64,000 bases of DNA from positions 352,540 through 416,539 of the IMG/VR virus record IMGVR_UViG_3300028840_002431. One strand, 5' to 3'. The notes beneath the pieces are model-generated. The model was not told the origin of the DNA. It made no database searches and was given only the letters and a program-made list of their open reading frames with translations. Below are positions 19,857 through 30,800 of this stretch, piece after piece (position 1 is the first letter of the stretch; each line of letters opens with the position of its first letter). Made by a program: the position numbers and the translations under genes.

Positions 19857-22800
19857 TCAACGCAGACGTTTGTTCTTCTCGAACTGAGCCGTGCCCTCGA
19901 TGACGCGAGCCTGGATAAACCGGCCGAAATCGCCTTTCAACGCCAACTCGACCTTCACACTGCCGCCCCCGCCAGCCCCAGCGGGAAGAATCCGCTCTCC
20001 AACACCTATAGGAGTCCACCCCTCCCCAGGAGGCAATCTGGATAACGTGGCCTTACCATCCACTATACTGGCAACAAGGCCACCAGCTTGCGCTGGTTTC
20101 ACTCTTTTAGCTTCGACAAGGCTCGTAATCGTTGTGTCTGCCACGTCTCCTTTCTTCGTCGCGCCTTCGGCAACTTTCTCTCCAAACGTCGTTGGATCAA
20201 AGGCCCCTGACTTCATGCCTTCGGCCACCATCGCTCGATCTTCAAACGCGGAGTACATGTAATATTCAAAAAGCCCTTTGCGGATGGCTTCGAGAGTGGA
20301 GTCAGTGACCGCTTTCTTGTGATCACTCGAAGGTTTGTCGATAGCCTTCTTGACCTCCTCTACACCCTTAATGGTTTCTTTAGCCCCTGCCGCGACGGTC
20401 TCCCCTACAGCATCCACGGAATCCTTGGTTGACGCTTGAGCCTTCAAGTCCTCCTTGGCCACCTCTTCGGCAACCTTTTTCGGGACCGGCGCGTCGTCAG
20501 GAGGAGGGGAAGGAGCCGCTTTGGCTACGGCCTTGGTTTCGGCCGTGGCTTTAGTTTTGCCCCCGGCTCCCTCGAACCCCGACTCAGCAATCGCCTTCTT
20601 CATCTCACCCAGGTACCACACGAGATAATCAGGACCCATCTCCTTGCTCATCTTGTAGAGTTCTTCTTTCGTGGTACCCACATACCCCGCAATTGACTCT
20701 GTCCCTTCCAACTCCTTTAAACGCTTTTCCCGTTCTTCTTTCGGTAGTTCCCATAGGTCTTTGGAGAGTTCTTGTACTTTCTTATTACCCGCTTCGAGGT
20801 CCGCTATCATCTCCTTCCCCATGGACTCGATCATCAAGTTCCTGGCTTTCCATATGTCACCCTCGGAGTCCTCCAAGGCTTTGGTCATCCTTGGGTCGCC
20901 CACCCTTGTGGCCGCCATTCTGAAACGCTGACCGCGTTCGGCCTCCACCCCACGCCCAACAACCTTGCCGAACTTGTCTCCTAACCACTTGAAGATGTCC
21001 CCTATAGAATGCCACACCCCCATCATGATGTTATAGAGCTTGTTCAACAAGAAATCGGCTATGATCCCCAACCTCTCCGCAATACTAACTTGATGGTCAG
21101 CAATCTCTTTTTGAAAATTCCTTTGGTCTTCGACGCCTTTGATCAAATCCTTTTGTTTAGCGTCCATACTGTGCCAAATTTTTGAAGCCGTGGCGTCACG
21201 GACCTCTTTCGCGGCCCCGTCCTTCTCTAAAGTGACACCCAAATTCTTCATTAGAGTTTCTTCAACAGCGGTGATACCTATCTGCTTACGCAACTCTTTG
21301 AGTTGCTCCTCACTCTTGCCCACTGACTCCTTCTGATACCTCTCGATCTTGAAGGCCAAATCCATTTGTACCTGCTCAACCCCGGCAGCCGCCTTCCGGT
21401 TTTGATCGATCATCTCATCGTTAAAACCGGTCATAGCCTCGAACGCAATCTTCTGTTGCCCCACAAGTTGGGACATCGGTTTGCCGAACCTCTTCTGAGA
21501 GATCTTGTCTAAGATTTGTGTCACAGCTATTGGACTAGCATCTTTCAAAGCAGAGGCTATTTCGATCAGGTTCCCGGAATTTAATTTCCCTTGCATTATC
21601 GTCGCATCGAGTATGGCTTCTCGTTGAGCGCCCGTAAGCTTGTCACTGAACTGCGCCATCGCTTTAACAACGTCTCCTGTTTTACCCTTAGTTATTTCAG
21701 GGCCTAACACCTTAGCTATATCCGGGCCTAGATCGGTAAGCATCCCCTCAACCCTCCGTCCAAGGTCAGCTTTGAGGACCCCCCCTACCTCCTTCTTTCC
21801 CCCGAGCATGACGGCACGGGTCCGATCCAACAATCCTTGGCCCTTGAAAAATTGAGTGATCGTCTGAAGGTATTGTTGGGCATTGCGCGGACTCATGGTC
21901 TTGCCCAGCACCGTCATAACCTTGACTAAGTCAGCCATGCGAAGCGTGAACAACGACAGATCAGCCGAGAAGCTTTTAACGAGTCCGAAGAATTTGTTAG
22001 AGGCCATCCCCGCCTCTTCGGCTCCTCTCGTCATCATTTGAAAACTGGTGTTGACGGTGTCTAAGCCCATGCCTACTTCAGTCATCAACTCACCTTGAAG
22101 CTGGCTTAGCTCATTCAAGCTCACCCCAAAAGCGCGTGAGTAGGCGACGGACATCTGGATCGTATTAGCCATCTCATCGATACCAGCCGTCGCCCTCTCG
22201 GTTTCCTCTCTTAACCGGCGAAGAGTCACCCCCTCCGCTGTCAGGGAACTTATGAACGCCTGAGCGGTGTCTTTGGAAATCCCCCACTGGACGTTACTCC
22301 AATCCATCGCCGCGTCACGTACTACTTTAAGGTCCGCTTCTAACGCTTCAGAGGCGTCTGACACGTCCCCTAAATTCCGGCTTAAGTAACCTGCCGTGCT
22401 CGTTGTCTCTAGTATACCCTTGTGAAATCCTTTGGCCGCTGATTCTGCGTCCATGAAAATCTTCATGAGGCCCATCACAGCGCCTGACATCAACCCTATG
22501 AATGGTGCGGCCTTGGAGAGCACTTTCACTATAGGCCCAAGACCTTTGGCCAGACCACCTGCCCCCCTAGCAATGCCTCCCATCATTCCACGTTTCGCCT
22601 TGGGGTCCATCTTCATTTCGCCCATGGCCATGAACCCCTTCCCGCTCTTCTTTAAGAGGCCCCCTAACGCTTTCCCAGCCCCTGGCAAGTCCTTCTTCGC
22701 AATGAGTTCAAGAGGTTTTGCTATCTCTTTACCTGCCTCACGGGCAGCGTCTATACCCGTGACCATTTCGATGTCTATGTCCTTCTTAGCCTCCTTGGCG

Positions 22801-23171
22801 AGCTTACCAAGCTCGTCCAATTTCTCTTTCTTTCGTTCTTTAATGCCCCTAATCTCTTCTTGTATCGCTGCTACCTTTTCCTCGCTGGCTCCTCGCATCC
22901 TAGCGTCGGCAGTAGCCATCTGCTTGTCGATTTTAGCTATATCGTCTTCAAGCTCCTGCATCGCTTTGAGAGCGGGAGCGAAGGCGGGCTTAATTTTACC
23001 CAGCTTCGTGATGTACTTCCCCATCGTCGTGGAGACATCCCTCTCCTTCTTCTCAATCGCGCCGAGATATTTGTTCGCTGCCTTCTTGAAATGCTCCATG
23101 GACTTGATCACGTCTTTGGTGTCAAGTTGGAACTGCATGTGAAGCACTTCTGATTTGGACGGCTCTGGCAT
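19857..23171 (-). CDS. Tail tape measure protein
   Basis: 1104 aa, helical, Ala/Lys/Glu/Gly-rich, with hydrophobic stretches (APFIGLMSGAVMGLMKIF; LGIIADFLL..LYNIMMGVW); canonical position after tube and chaperones. Confidence 0.7.
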   Translation of the reverse strand: MPEPSKSEVLHMQFQLDTKDVIKSMEHFKKAANKYLGAIEKKERDVSTTMGKYITKLGKIKPAFAPALKAMQELEDDIAKIDKQMATADARMRGASEEKVAAIQEEIRGIKERKKEKLDELGKLAKEAKKDIDIEMVTGIDAAREAGKEIAKPLELIAKKDLPGAGKALGGLLKKSGKGFMAMGEMKMDPKAKRGMMGGIARGAGGLAKGLGPIVKVLSKAAPFIGLMSGAVMGLMKIFMDAESAAKGFHKGILETTSTAGYLSRNLGDVSDASEALEADLKVVRDAAMDWSNVQWGISKDTAQAFISSLTAEGVTLRRLREETERATAGIDEMANTIQMSVAYSRAFGVSLNELSQLQGELMTEVGMGLDTVNTSFQMMTRGAEEAGMASNKFFGLVKSFSADLSLFTLRMADLVKVMTVLGKTMSPRNAQQYLQTITQFFKGQGLLDRTRAVMLGGKKEVGGVLKADLGRRVEGMLTDLGPDIAKVLGPEITKGKTGDVVKAMAQFSDKLTGAQREAILDATIMQGKLNSGNLIEIASALKDASPIAVTQILDKISQKRFGKPMSQLVGQQKIAFEAMTGFNDEMIDQNRKAAAGVEQVQMDLAFKIERYQKESVGKSEEQLKELRKQIGITAVEETLMKNLGVTLEKDGAAKEVRDATASKIWHSMDAKQKDLIKGVEDQRNFQKEIADHQVSIAERLGIIADFLLNKLYNIMMGVWHSIGDIFKWLGDKFGKVVGRGVEAERGQRFRMAATRVGDPRMTKALEDSEGDIWKARNLMIESMGKEMIADLEAGNKKVQELSKDLWELPKEEREKRLKELEGTESIAGYVGTTKEELYKMSKEMGPDYLVWYLGEMKKAIAESGFEGAGGKTKATAETKAVAKAAPSPPPDDAPVPKKVAEEVAKEDLKAQASTKDSVDAVGETVAAGAKETIKGVEEVKKAIDKPSSDHKKAVTDSTLEAIRKGLFEYYMYSAFEDRAMVAEGMKSGAFDPTTFGEKVAEGATKKGDVADTTITSLVEAKRVKPAQAGGLVASIVDGKATLSRLPPGEGWTPIGVGERILPAGAGGGGSVKVELALKGDFGRFIQARVIEGTAQFEKNKRLR

Positions 23172-23180
23172 ATCTAACCC

Positions 23181-24461
23181 TTATTTCTTAAACGAGTCTG
23201 TCGCGGGCGTCTTCCGAACCGGGAGTGCTGTCGCGCCTGATGTGTCTCGGTCTGTATTAGCAATCTCAGTAGTTATTTCTGGCCCCGTAGCGCCCCACCT
23301 GTCCAAGAACGCCTCTGTTTTTTCCTGATCAGGCACGGAGTGAAGCTGCATTCGGGCCGCATTCTGAGCCTGGATCTGCTTGGAGCGTTTAACTCTCTCC
23401 TCGACTTCTTGAACCGTTAGACCATCGAGTTCTGACCCTCCAATAACGTTGCGATTCCCAAACCGAGAAGCGCTGGCTTCCGCAGCCTCCTCCCTCTGTC
23501 TCTGTCGAGCCTGATACTGCTCCTTGATTCGACGCTCGTGATCTGCGATGACCTTATCGTGCCAGTCCTGGTCCCCCCGCAGGTCCTTTTCTAACTGATC
23601 GGCCAACTCTTCTACGGTTCGAGGCGCTGTTACCTGGGCACCGGGTAACATGGTGGTCTTCTCCGGAACCTTCTCTCCAAGAACCACCTCTCTCAACAGC
23701 TTGTCCTTTCGAGAGATACGTTCCTCTTTGTCTTTGTTTCTCCGGTCCGTGTCTTGCGCGTAGACTTTGTTCAGACCCTTGCCCGCGAAACAGGAGCCTA
23801 TGAATTTGGCATTGTCCCAGTCTCGCTCGTGTTGATCGTTACGATCTTCCGCCAGATTCAAAGCACGCCAAACATGCTGCGCCCAATTCATTCCCAGTGA
23901 CTGGGTGCCAGCGATTCCTGTGACCGCTGTTGCCGTCAGATCCAGGCCCTTGACTTGCATCCAACGGTATCGAGACATGCTCTCCATGGCGTACGCCTCG
24001 GTTAGAATCGTGGCAGCCGATACTCGTCGATTGATCTCCGAGATGTGTCGGATGATCTTCCGCTTGGCTTTTGTTGGAAGAGGCGAAAACGTGTCGGCTA
24101 TCCTGGGAAGCCACTGGTCACGATCACGGAGGACATTGACCCCCTCCACCATAAATACGCCGTAAGACAAAAAGGTGTCCCAGAAGCCTTTGGCGGCCGT
24201 ATCGTCAAGCAAACCGCTGAAACGTAGAAGCTCAAACTCATGGTGGTTCAAGCTCTTGAATACAAACGGTACGCCATTGATCTCCGCCGACGCTGTCAAA
24301 AATCCGCGAAAAACTAGAGGCTCAACATCCTTATAAACCTTTGGGTTGACTTCGGGTTCCTGGGGCGCAGTGACACGAATATCCTCCACAGGCTTGCCGT
24401 CGTATTCGCTCTTAAGCCTTCTCTGCTCCTCCTCGTATCTCTGTGCAGCATCAGCGGGCAT
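23181..24461 (-). CDS. Putative tail assembly chaperone 2
   Basis: Located between tube and tape measure. GFLTASAEINGVPFVFKSL resembles GFVEETFTVENCEVTLRNL in the upstream gene. Confidence 0.5.
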   Translation of the reverse strand: MPADAAQRYEEEQRRLKSEYDGKPVEDIRVTAPQEPEVNPKVYKDVEPLVFRGFLTASAEINGVPFVFKSLNHHEFELLRFSGLLDDTAAKGFWDTFLSYGVFMVEGVNVLRDRDQWLPRIADTFSPLPTKAKRKIIRHISEINRRVSAATILTEAYAMESMSRYRWMQVKGLDLTATAVTGIAGTQSLGMNWAQHVWRALNLAEDRNDQHERDWDNAKFIGSCFAGKGLNKVYAQDTDRRNKDKEERISRKDKLLREVVLGEKVPEKTTMLPGAQVTAPRTVEELADQLEKDLRGDQDWHDKVIADHERRIKEQYQARQRQREEAAEASASRFGNRNVIGGSELDGLTVQEVEERVKRSKQIQAQNAARMQLHSVPDQEKTEAFLDRWGATGPEITTEIANTDRDTSGATALPVRKTPATDSFKK

Positions 24462-25553
24462 CTATACTCTTGTCGGAGGCTTGAACCTTGGGTTGATCCC
24501 GGAGACCGGGGGTTGATCAAGAATCCTAGCGGCCTTTTTTGGGTCCACCGGCTCCTGTTTTTTCAACTCTGCTACTTCCGGAGCGTCTTCCGGTTGAAGG
24601 ACAGGGATTTCCGCGCCCTCTGGCACCTCAACCCCAATACCGGCTTCAGCTTCAAGGGCAGCGATTTGGGCCGCCCTTGACGACTTCTCGTCCTCGCTCT
24701 TTTCTTCTTGGGCCGACTGGACCGGAGCCTTTCGTCGGGTCTCGATGACCTTCTGTAAAGTCGCGTGAGGGTCTACTGGAACTTTAGCGGGCGGTCGGGC
24801 CGGGGTCTCAGGCTCAGGGGCAGCTTGTGGGGTAGGTGCCGGTTCTGCGGTGCTTTCCTGTGGCCTCTCAACAACTTTGGGGGCCTCTTGGGCGCTTGGC
24901 TCCGGAGACCCTTCTTCGGCCTTCTTCGCCTCTTCGCGAGCCAGTTGGTCGGCCCTCTCCATGGCTGCCTTGGCTTCTTCGGCCGTGCTCTTTTGCATCC
25001 AACCGTGCTCGCCCAATATGGTTTCGACCAAGGCGTTGGGAAGTTCGCCTTCCACCTCCTTGGCTTCCAACAATAGCCTCCGGTACTTCTCCTCCTCAGT
25101 CTCTTCCGGCATTATGAACTTAACACCCTCGTTGGCCTTTCGTTCGGCAGCCTCAAGGACCTCCGAGAACTTCCGGTACGTTGTGAAAATGGCCTCTTTA
25201 CCCCAGGTGTTCACCACGTTAGTAAGTAAGAACGTGTGAAGCTCGACCTTGACGGTACGCATTTCACCGCTCTTCTTTGGATCAGGTTCCTCTACCTCAA
25301 CGTGTTTCACCTCACGAAGATCCACCCCATTGAGCACCACGATAGATCTGGAGAGGTGCTCCTTCTGGTAAGCGTGAAGATAGGCCACGTCCTCAAGGCC
25401 CTCACACGCCTCCATAGAGGCAACATACTCGTCAGGGCGGAGGTTACGGAGCGTGACTTCGCAGTTCTCTACGGTGAAGGTCTCCTCCACAAAGCCGACG
25501 TTCTTGGCCTTGTCGAGGGCATCACTGAGTTTCTTCGCTGTAAGTGTGCTCAT
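24462..25553 (-). CDS. Putative tail assembly chaperone 1 with low-complexity P/E/A-rich C-terminus
   Basis: First gene after the tube; acidic; shares an N-terminal domain pattern with 23181-24461. Confidence 0.5.
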   Translation of the reverse strand: MSTLTAKKLSDALDKAKNVGFVEETFTVENCEVTLRNLRPDEYVASMEACEGLEDVAYLHAYQKEHLSRSIVVLNGVDLREVKHVEVEEPDPKKSGEMRTVKVELHTFLLTNVVNTWGKEAIFTTYRKFSEVLEAAERKANEGVKFIMPEETEEEKYRRLLLEAKEVEGELPNALVETILGEHGWMQKSTAEEAKAAMERADQLAREEAKKAEEGSPEPSAQEAPKVVERPQESTAEPAPTPQAAPEPETPARPPAKVPVDPHATLQKVIETRRKAPVQSAQEEKSEDEKSSRAAQIAALEAEAGIGVEVPEGAEIPVLQPEDAPEVAELKKQEPVDPKKAARILDQPPVSGINPRFKPPTRV

Positions 25554-25554
25554 C

Positions 25555-25687
25555 TCATCCTCGTTGCGAGGATGACAGCGTTAAAAACTCGACGTGATTT
25601 ACATCTGGGTTCGAAGGGTACTGCCGGTTACAACATGTACATTTGGTTCAATCTGATTCGATTCACATCTAGTCAACCGCTGTCATC
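25555..25687 (-). promoter_or_regulatory. Candidate cis-regulatory RNA leader with alternative stems over the RBS
   Basis: A 9-bp hairpin (25555-25563/25567-25575) contains the GAGG RBS. A 10-bp long-range inverted repeat (25571-25580/25678-25687) overlaps one hairpin arm by 5 nt. Confidence 0.45.
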
Positions 25688-25701
25688 TAGCTCTATGGTT
25701 C

Positions 25702-26412
25702 TTAGACCGGAACTACTGTGTTGCTGTTATTAGCGAATCTGAGCGAGAAGCCCTTACCTGGACTGCCGTTTGCCGACACCGGAGCAAGGCCCGTGTCGAT
25801 GAATTCGCCGTACTGAGATACACCGTCGATGATATCCGTGACCGTCACGGAACTATTCTCAGCCACCATGGCCGAGTCGGAGGCGTAACTCGCAGAGTAG
25901 GAGTTCAGCCAACAACCCTCGTAGAAGGTCAAAAGGGCGCGAGGTGTAACAATGGGATTGTCCGCACTCGTCGGCCCTGTTGTGACTGTTGCCTCCACGG
26001 AGACACCGTTAGGATCTTGGAGAGAAGATAACTCCGAAAAGACCAGTTCCTGTTTGATGTCGAAGGGCCAACGATGGTGCCGCAAACTCCTGGCCAGTCC
26101 ATCGATGCCGCCCTTGTAACCGAGAATCTGAAACAAGTTCGCTGTGTAAAGCAGCGTCTTGTTCAGGGTCAGGGTCATCGGGTCGGTAACGCCCGGCACC
26201 AACTCAGCAACTTGGTCCCCGTAGCCCACACCACGAACCGGATCGATCGTGCGGGACTCGTCGAAGCCAAACTCCGAGATCACACCGAGTTGTTGGAAAC
26301 CGGCCACGCCCACGGTGTAACCGTAAATCTTACTCTTCTGGCTTACGGCGGCGCGGGTGTTAGGGGCCGTCCCCATCCGGTAGATGTAGTCAGAGGTAGT
26401 TACGTTTGCCAT
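25702..26412 (-). CDS. Tail tube protein (T4 gp19-like)
   Basis: GVISEFGFDESRTIDPVRGVG...ELVPG...MTLTLNKTLLY...PFDIKQ...YEGCWLNSYSASY...AENSSVTVTDI fits the contractile-tail tube pattern; followed by chaperones and tape measure. Confidence 0.75.
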   Translation of the reverse strand: MANVTTSDYIYRMGTAPNTRAAVSQKSKIYGYTVGVAGFQQLGVISEFGFDESRTIDPVRGVGYGDQVAELVPGVTDPMTLTLNKTLLYTANLFQILGYKGGIDGLARSLRHHRWPFDIKQELVFSELSSLQDPNGVSVEATVTTGPTSADNPIVTPRALLTFYEGCWLNSYSASYASDSAMVAENSSVTVTDIIDGVSQYGEFIDTGLAPVSANGSPGKGFSLRFANNSNTVVPV

Positions 26413-26448
26413 GTTATCTTACATCTCCCATTTAGCAGCCGGTCAGTG

Positions 26449-27036
26449 TTAGCTTCGCGGCTCGAACAACTTGTGGATCTCGTTGGCTCTCTCAGAAAGC
26501 GTCGAAAGGTCGGTCTCCACCCACGGGTGCGCGAGATCAACGTTCTGAGCAATCTCAGATACGCGAGACGCGATTTTGTGAAGGTCGGTCTTGGCCCGGT
26601 TCGAATCGAACTCCTTACCCTCTTTCAGCAAGTCCTCGATCCTGTCATTTGTGGCCGCCACCTTGGCGAGAATGTCTTCCGCCAACTCCACGTTAGAACT
26701 AAAAGTCTCGTAAGAAGCGGTCTTCTGCATAGCAATCTCCAAATCTGTGGGAAAACTACGATCTCCCTTTTTCATAAGAGAGTTAGTAGTAGATGAATAT
26801 CGAGCACGTTGGAAAGGCAGCAAAGCCCACATTTTATCGAGGTCAACCGAGAGCAAGACTTGGTTGTTCTCGTTAAACGCCTTCAACGCTGCCCTGGCCG
26901 TACGGTTGGTCACAAGCCCTGTAATGAGCTTGAGGACCGAGACCGGTCCCAACATGAAACGCTGACCGTTAGGCATCTGGACATAGTCCACGACCCCGTC
27001 GGTCCCAACTGTTACGAGTGCCAGCCGCTTAGCCAT
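26449..27036 (-). CDS. Hypothetical protein (195 aa) with internal KTAS motif
   Basis: Start moved to the ATG at 27036 (MAKRLALV) to avoid overlap with the upstream gene. Confidence 0.65.
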   Translation of the reverse strand: MAKRLALVTVGTDGVVDYVQMPNGQRFMLGPVSVLKLITGLVTNRTARAALKAFNENNQVLLSVDLDKMWALLPFQRARYSSTTNSLMKKGDRSFPTDLEIAMQKTASYETFSSNVELAEDILAKVAATNDRIEDLLKEGKEFDSNRAKTDLHKIASRVSEIAQNVDLAHPWVETDLSTLSERANEIHKLFEPRS

Positions 27037-27071
27037 CTCTCTAAGGATGGCTGATAGAAGAAATGTAACGG

Positions 27072-27860
27072 CTACAGATCTGACGGGTAATCGGCGTACT
27101 CGTCGGGGATGTCCTCTTCGGAAGCCCAACGGTCGCCAGACTTGAGGGTTTCGATAATCATACACCCCTGAGCCTTGGACAGTTCCTTCAACTGCACACG
27201 CTTTGGAATGTGATCGTAACCTGTTATGTCCATCAGCCCCAGGTCATGCCACCGGTTGTGATCGATCCCGGCGTCCTTCAACAGGAAAAATATGTAGCCG
27301 ACCTGCTTACTTGTAATCTCTCCCATCAGGCGCATACAACGGCGGTGACGGGATTTAGCTTCGGGAGTGGGATAGCCCTGGAGACCGGCCTCTTCGACCT
27401 CTTCTTCCCGCTCCTTACGCTCCTCCTGGGCCTCTTCTTGCTGCTCTTCTTGGCGCTCCATTTCCTTCTCAGGATCGCCACGTCGCTGGCGAGTCTCTGC
27501 CCAGTTCTCCCAGAACTCCTCGTTGTCGTCGAACTTTTCGGCCAGCTCCCCTACCCGCTTTTTAACATTGTCGCGCCAGTTCTGGGTCCGCTTGACGATG
27601 GGAGCTTTACCCTTTTCTAACGGCCCGTCGTCCTTCAAGCTGATGAGTTGAATTCTGATAGCATCAGCCCCACGACCGGCTCCCATACCGGAATGCGGTC
27701 GGATAGAAGTCCAAACACGGACGCCCACATGCTTTCCGAGTTTCAGGTCGTAATAAATCTCGCCACGGTTGGTACCGTCAGTGGGGCGTAGAGCACGGAA
27801 AGCCCTCTTCAAGAACTTTTCCATCTCCTCCTGAGTGATTTCTACGTATCGAGCGGCCAT
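27072..27860 (-). CDS. Hypothetical two-domain protein with acidic linker
   Basis: 262 aa. C-terminal TSKQVGYI...LSKAQGCMIIETLK resembles small helical nucleic-acid-binding modules of phage proteins (weak). Confidence 0.65.
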   Translation of the reverse strand: MAARYVEITQEEMEKFLKRAFRALRPTDGTNRGEIYYDLKLGKHVGVRVWTSIRPHSGMGAGRGADAIRIQLISLKDDGPLEKGKAPIVKRTQNWRDNVKKRVGELAEKFDDNEEFWENWAETRQRRGDPEKEMERQEEQQEEAQEERKEREEEVEEAGLQGYPTPEAKSRHRRCMRLMGEITSKQVGYIFFLLKDAGIDHNRWHDLGLMDITGYDHIPKRVQLKELSKAQGCMIIETLKSGDRWASEEDIPDEYADYPSDL

Positions 27861-27863
27861 GGC

Positions 27864-30800
27864 TTATTCCTCTTCCCAGTCGTCCGGTAGGACGCCTTCA
27901 TACTCAACGGCGGCCGTTCTTACTTCCGGTTCTTCTTCGATGACTTCTTCCCCGACTTCGACTTCTGCCTCCGTCTCAGGTTTCGGCACGTTCTGGCCTA
28001 CCGCGAGACCAGCCTCGCTCACAAAGGGGCTGATACCCGCTGCCTTACCCCCAACCACGTTCGGGCATATGACATTGAGATTCTCAGCGGCCCGGCTCAA
28101 CGCCACATACGCGAGCCGTCGTTCTGATTCTAACTCTTCTTGCTGAACCGCAGGATCGGGCGGCGGTTCCCCCGGCTTGGCGGGAGGAACAATCGGGAAC
28201 CGGCCCTTCGGCATCGCAACATAACAGTTCTTCCACTGCGCTCCTTTGACCGAGTGGACGGTGCCAAGGTAGACACCGGGCGGCGGCTTCCGCTCCTCCG
28301 GGGGTAGATTCTTCTGAGCGTCCTCCCACTTCTTGACATCCACCCTGAGTTCGTCGGCCTTAGCGGCATACCGGTCCATCTTGGCCTTGAAACCGAATGG
28401 CGTGCCTGGGTCCGTGATCATGTCCTCCGGGTCCGTCGGGTCCTTCTTGATCAACTCGAATAAGAAGCTGACGTTGCCGAGTCCTTCGGTCTCGCTTCCC
28501 TCTTCGTCATCACCCGCGTCGGCGGCTGCGTCTTCGTCGTCACCAATGGCGTCCCTGAGGTCCGCCTTGAGGCTCTCGCGGAACGTTTGCTCCACATACT
28601 CAGTACGGCCCGTGACAGAATCCGTGACCGTTGCAGTGCCACGCATACCAAGGATGTCCTCGAAGAGGTCGGTTGTTGTGTACTCAGGATCTTCGGAGCG
28701 GGCCTTCATCTGCCCCATCTCGCCTCGAAGCTCTTCGAGTTTCTCGATGGTCTTACGGAACTTGAAACCGGACTTGGAGCGAGCCAGCTTTCCAGCCAAG
28801 CTCCTCATGAACATGTCGTCTTCCATGGCCGCGATCGGGTTGACCGTTTTGACATCCAGTTCCATCCGCTTGGCGTAACCGTAAAGAGAGTCATTGACGG
28901 CCTGTTCGCATACCTCAGGAGCGACGAAGAACCGATTTGGCTTGTTAAGAACCTCTGCCAGGGCCTTCTGCATCTTCCCGAAGTCGCTCCCCATGACGAG
29001 GTCCACGTAACCCAGGAAAGCCTTTGTTTCAGGCGACCCCAGGAAACTCGAAGTGCCCTTACGGGCGTAAGGGACACCACGGATGATACAAGCCGTCTCG
29101 TAGGCGTGTTGCTCCTTGTTGGTCCGGGTTAGAATCGCGTTGTCCGTCACATTCCCGTCGGCCGTGATGTCGGACTTGATCTCTTCTACAACAGACAGGG
29201 CAGCGGTGGCCTCGTCAGGAGGGTTCCTAACCTCAATGGACGCCATCCCACGCGCCTTGTGTGGAGACGGCACAGCCTCCATGGGGATTTGCTTTTCGTT
29301 GTGCGCAATCAAAGCGTTCGCGGCCTCGACAATTTCCGGCTGGCACCGGTAGTTGGTGCGAATCATCTTGGTGGTCCAGCCCTCTGTCTCGCTTAGACTG
29401 GTGAAGAGGTCCGGACGCGCTCCACGGAAACCGTAGATGCTCTGCTTATCGTCCCCGCAAATCCATAATGATTTCCCATCTTTACCGTCACTGACGTGTT
29501 CAGTCATCTGGGAAATGACCGAGTACTGGACGCCGGACAGGTCCTGAGCCTCGTCCACGATAACGTGATCAAACGCCTGTTGCAGGGTCTTTCTGACGGC
29601 TGGCTCTCGTTTCAGGATGTTGTCGAAGATCACGAGCATGTCATCGAAGTCACCCAGGCGCTGATCGTTAGGACGCCATCGGCCCATGAATCTCTCGTAC
29701 GCCTTCGACTTACACGGGGCGGTCCAGCCAGGGATGGCCCCTTTCAAACCCTCGTACATCTCATACCAATCGGCGGCATCAACTTCTTCGGGAGTCCTGG
29801 CCTCCTCCTTGGCCTTGGCGGGAGTAATGTTGTTCCCGGCCCATTTGGCCTTGGCCAGAAGGACGTTCTTCAACCTGGGGACCTTACGCTCTTCGGGCGT
29901 ATCAGCCGGGTAACAGTCTGACCACATCCGCTGGACCGCTCTGGCGACAGGCGAGCCACCCTTGACGAATCCGCTCCGCCCTTTGGCCAAACCCATTGCC
30001 ATGCGCTCACGACCAGTCCCGTATTCCCCGATGAACTTCTTGAACAGCTTGTGCATTGTGCCGACCGACATCTGAGACACAGAGTCGCCGCCAATCGCGG
30101 TCCCGATCTTCTGTTCTAGCTCGTCGGCCGCCTTCTTGTTGAAGCTCGTCACGAGGATACGACTGGGGTCAACACGCCGATCCTTGACCAGGAACTCCGT
30201 CCGAGAGACGACCGTCGTGCTCTTGCCAGCACCGGCCCCGGCCGCCACGAGAACCCGGCCGTCGGTCAAGGCGGCCATCCTCTGTTCGTCATCCAGCTTA
30301 CGAAGAGGAGCGGGAACGTTGTTGGGGTTCGCAGGGTCGGTGGTTACAGCAACAGCGGCGGCTGTAGCGATTCCTACAACCTCCGACTTGGCGGGAGGTT
30401 CATCAACCTCACCCGACACCACCATGGCCCTCTCAGCGGCCTCCGTGGCTTTCTCCTGTACGTCGAGGAGACGGTCATCCTTCTCACTCACAGCCTGATT
30501 GTGTTCTTCTGAGTCCGGCGACGTGCCCTGTTGGTTCGTGCGGGCTGTCGCGATGGCTGCCACATCTTCGTCGGCTTCTTCCGAACCCACAGCCACGGCA
30601 TTCTGGAAAGAACCGGAACCAGCCGCCTCCGCCGCCATGTCGATCCACCTCCGAAGACGCATGTTCTTCAAAGGGATGACTGCAAACTTGTCGAGAGCGA
30701 CATCAGCGTCCTCGATGTCGGCGGCGGCCATTGCCGCTTTCATCTCCCGGATAGCCTTGTTGGACTTGAATATCTTTCTCAGGGTGGCCGGGCCGCCACG

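Noticed and set aside
24459-24464. Possible lambda G/GT-type frameshift or TAG readthrough joining the two chaperone genes (in-frame TAG-ATG)
   Set aside because: No in-frame X XXY YYZ slippery site was found; both genes have their own homologous N-terminal domain; and the same in-frame stop-ATG junction occurs at 44263/44264 and 43762/43763, so it looks like ordinary coupling.
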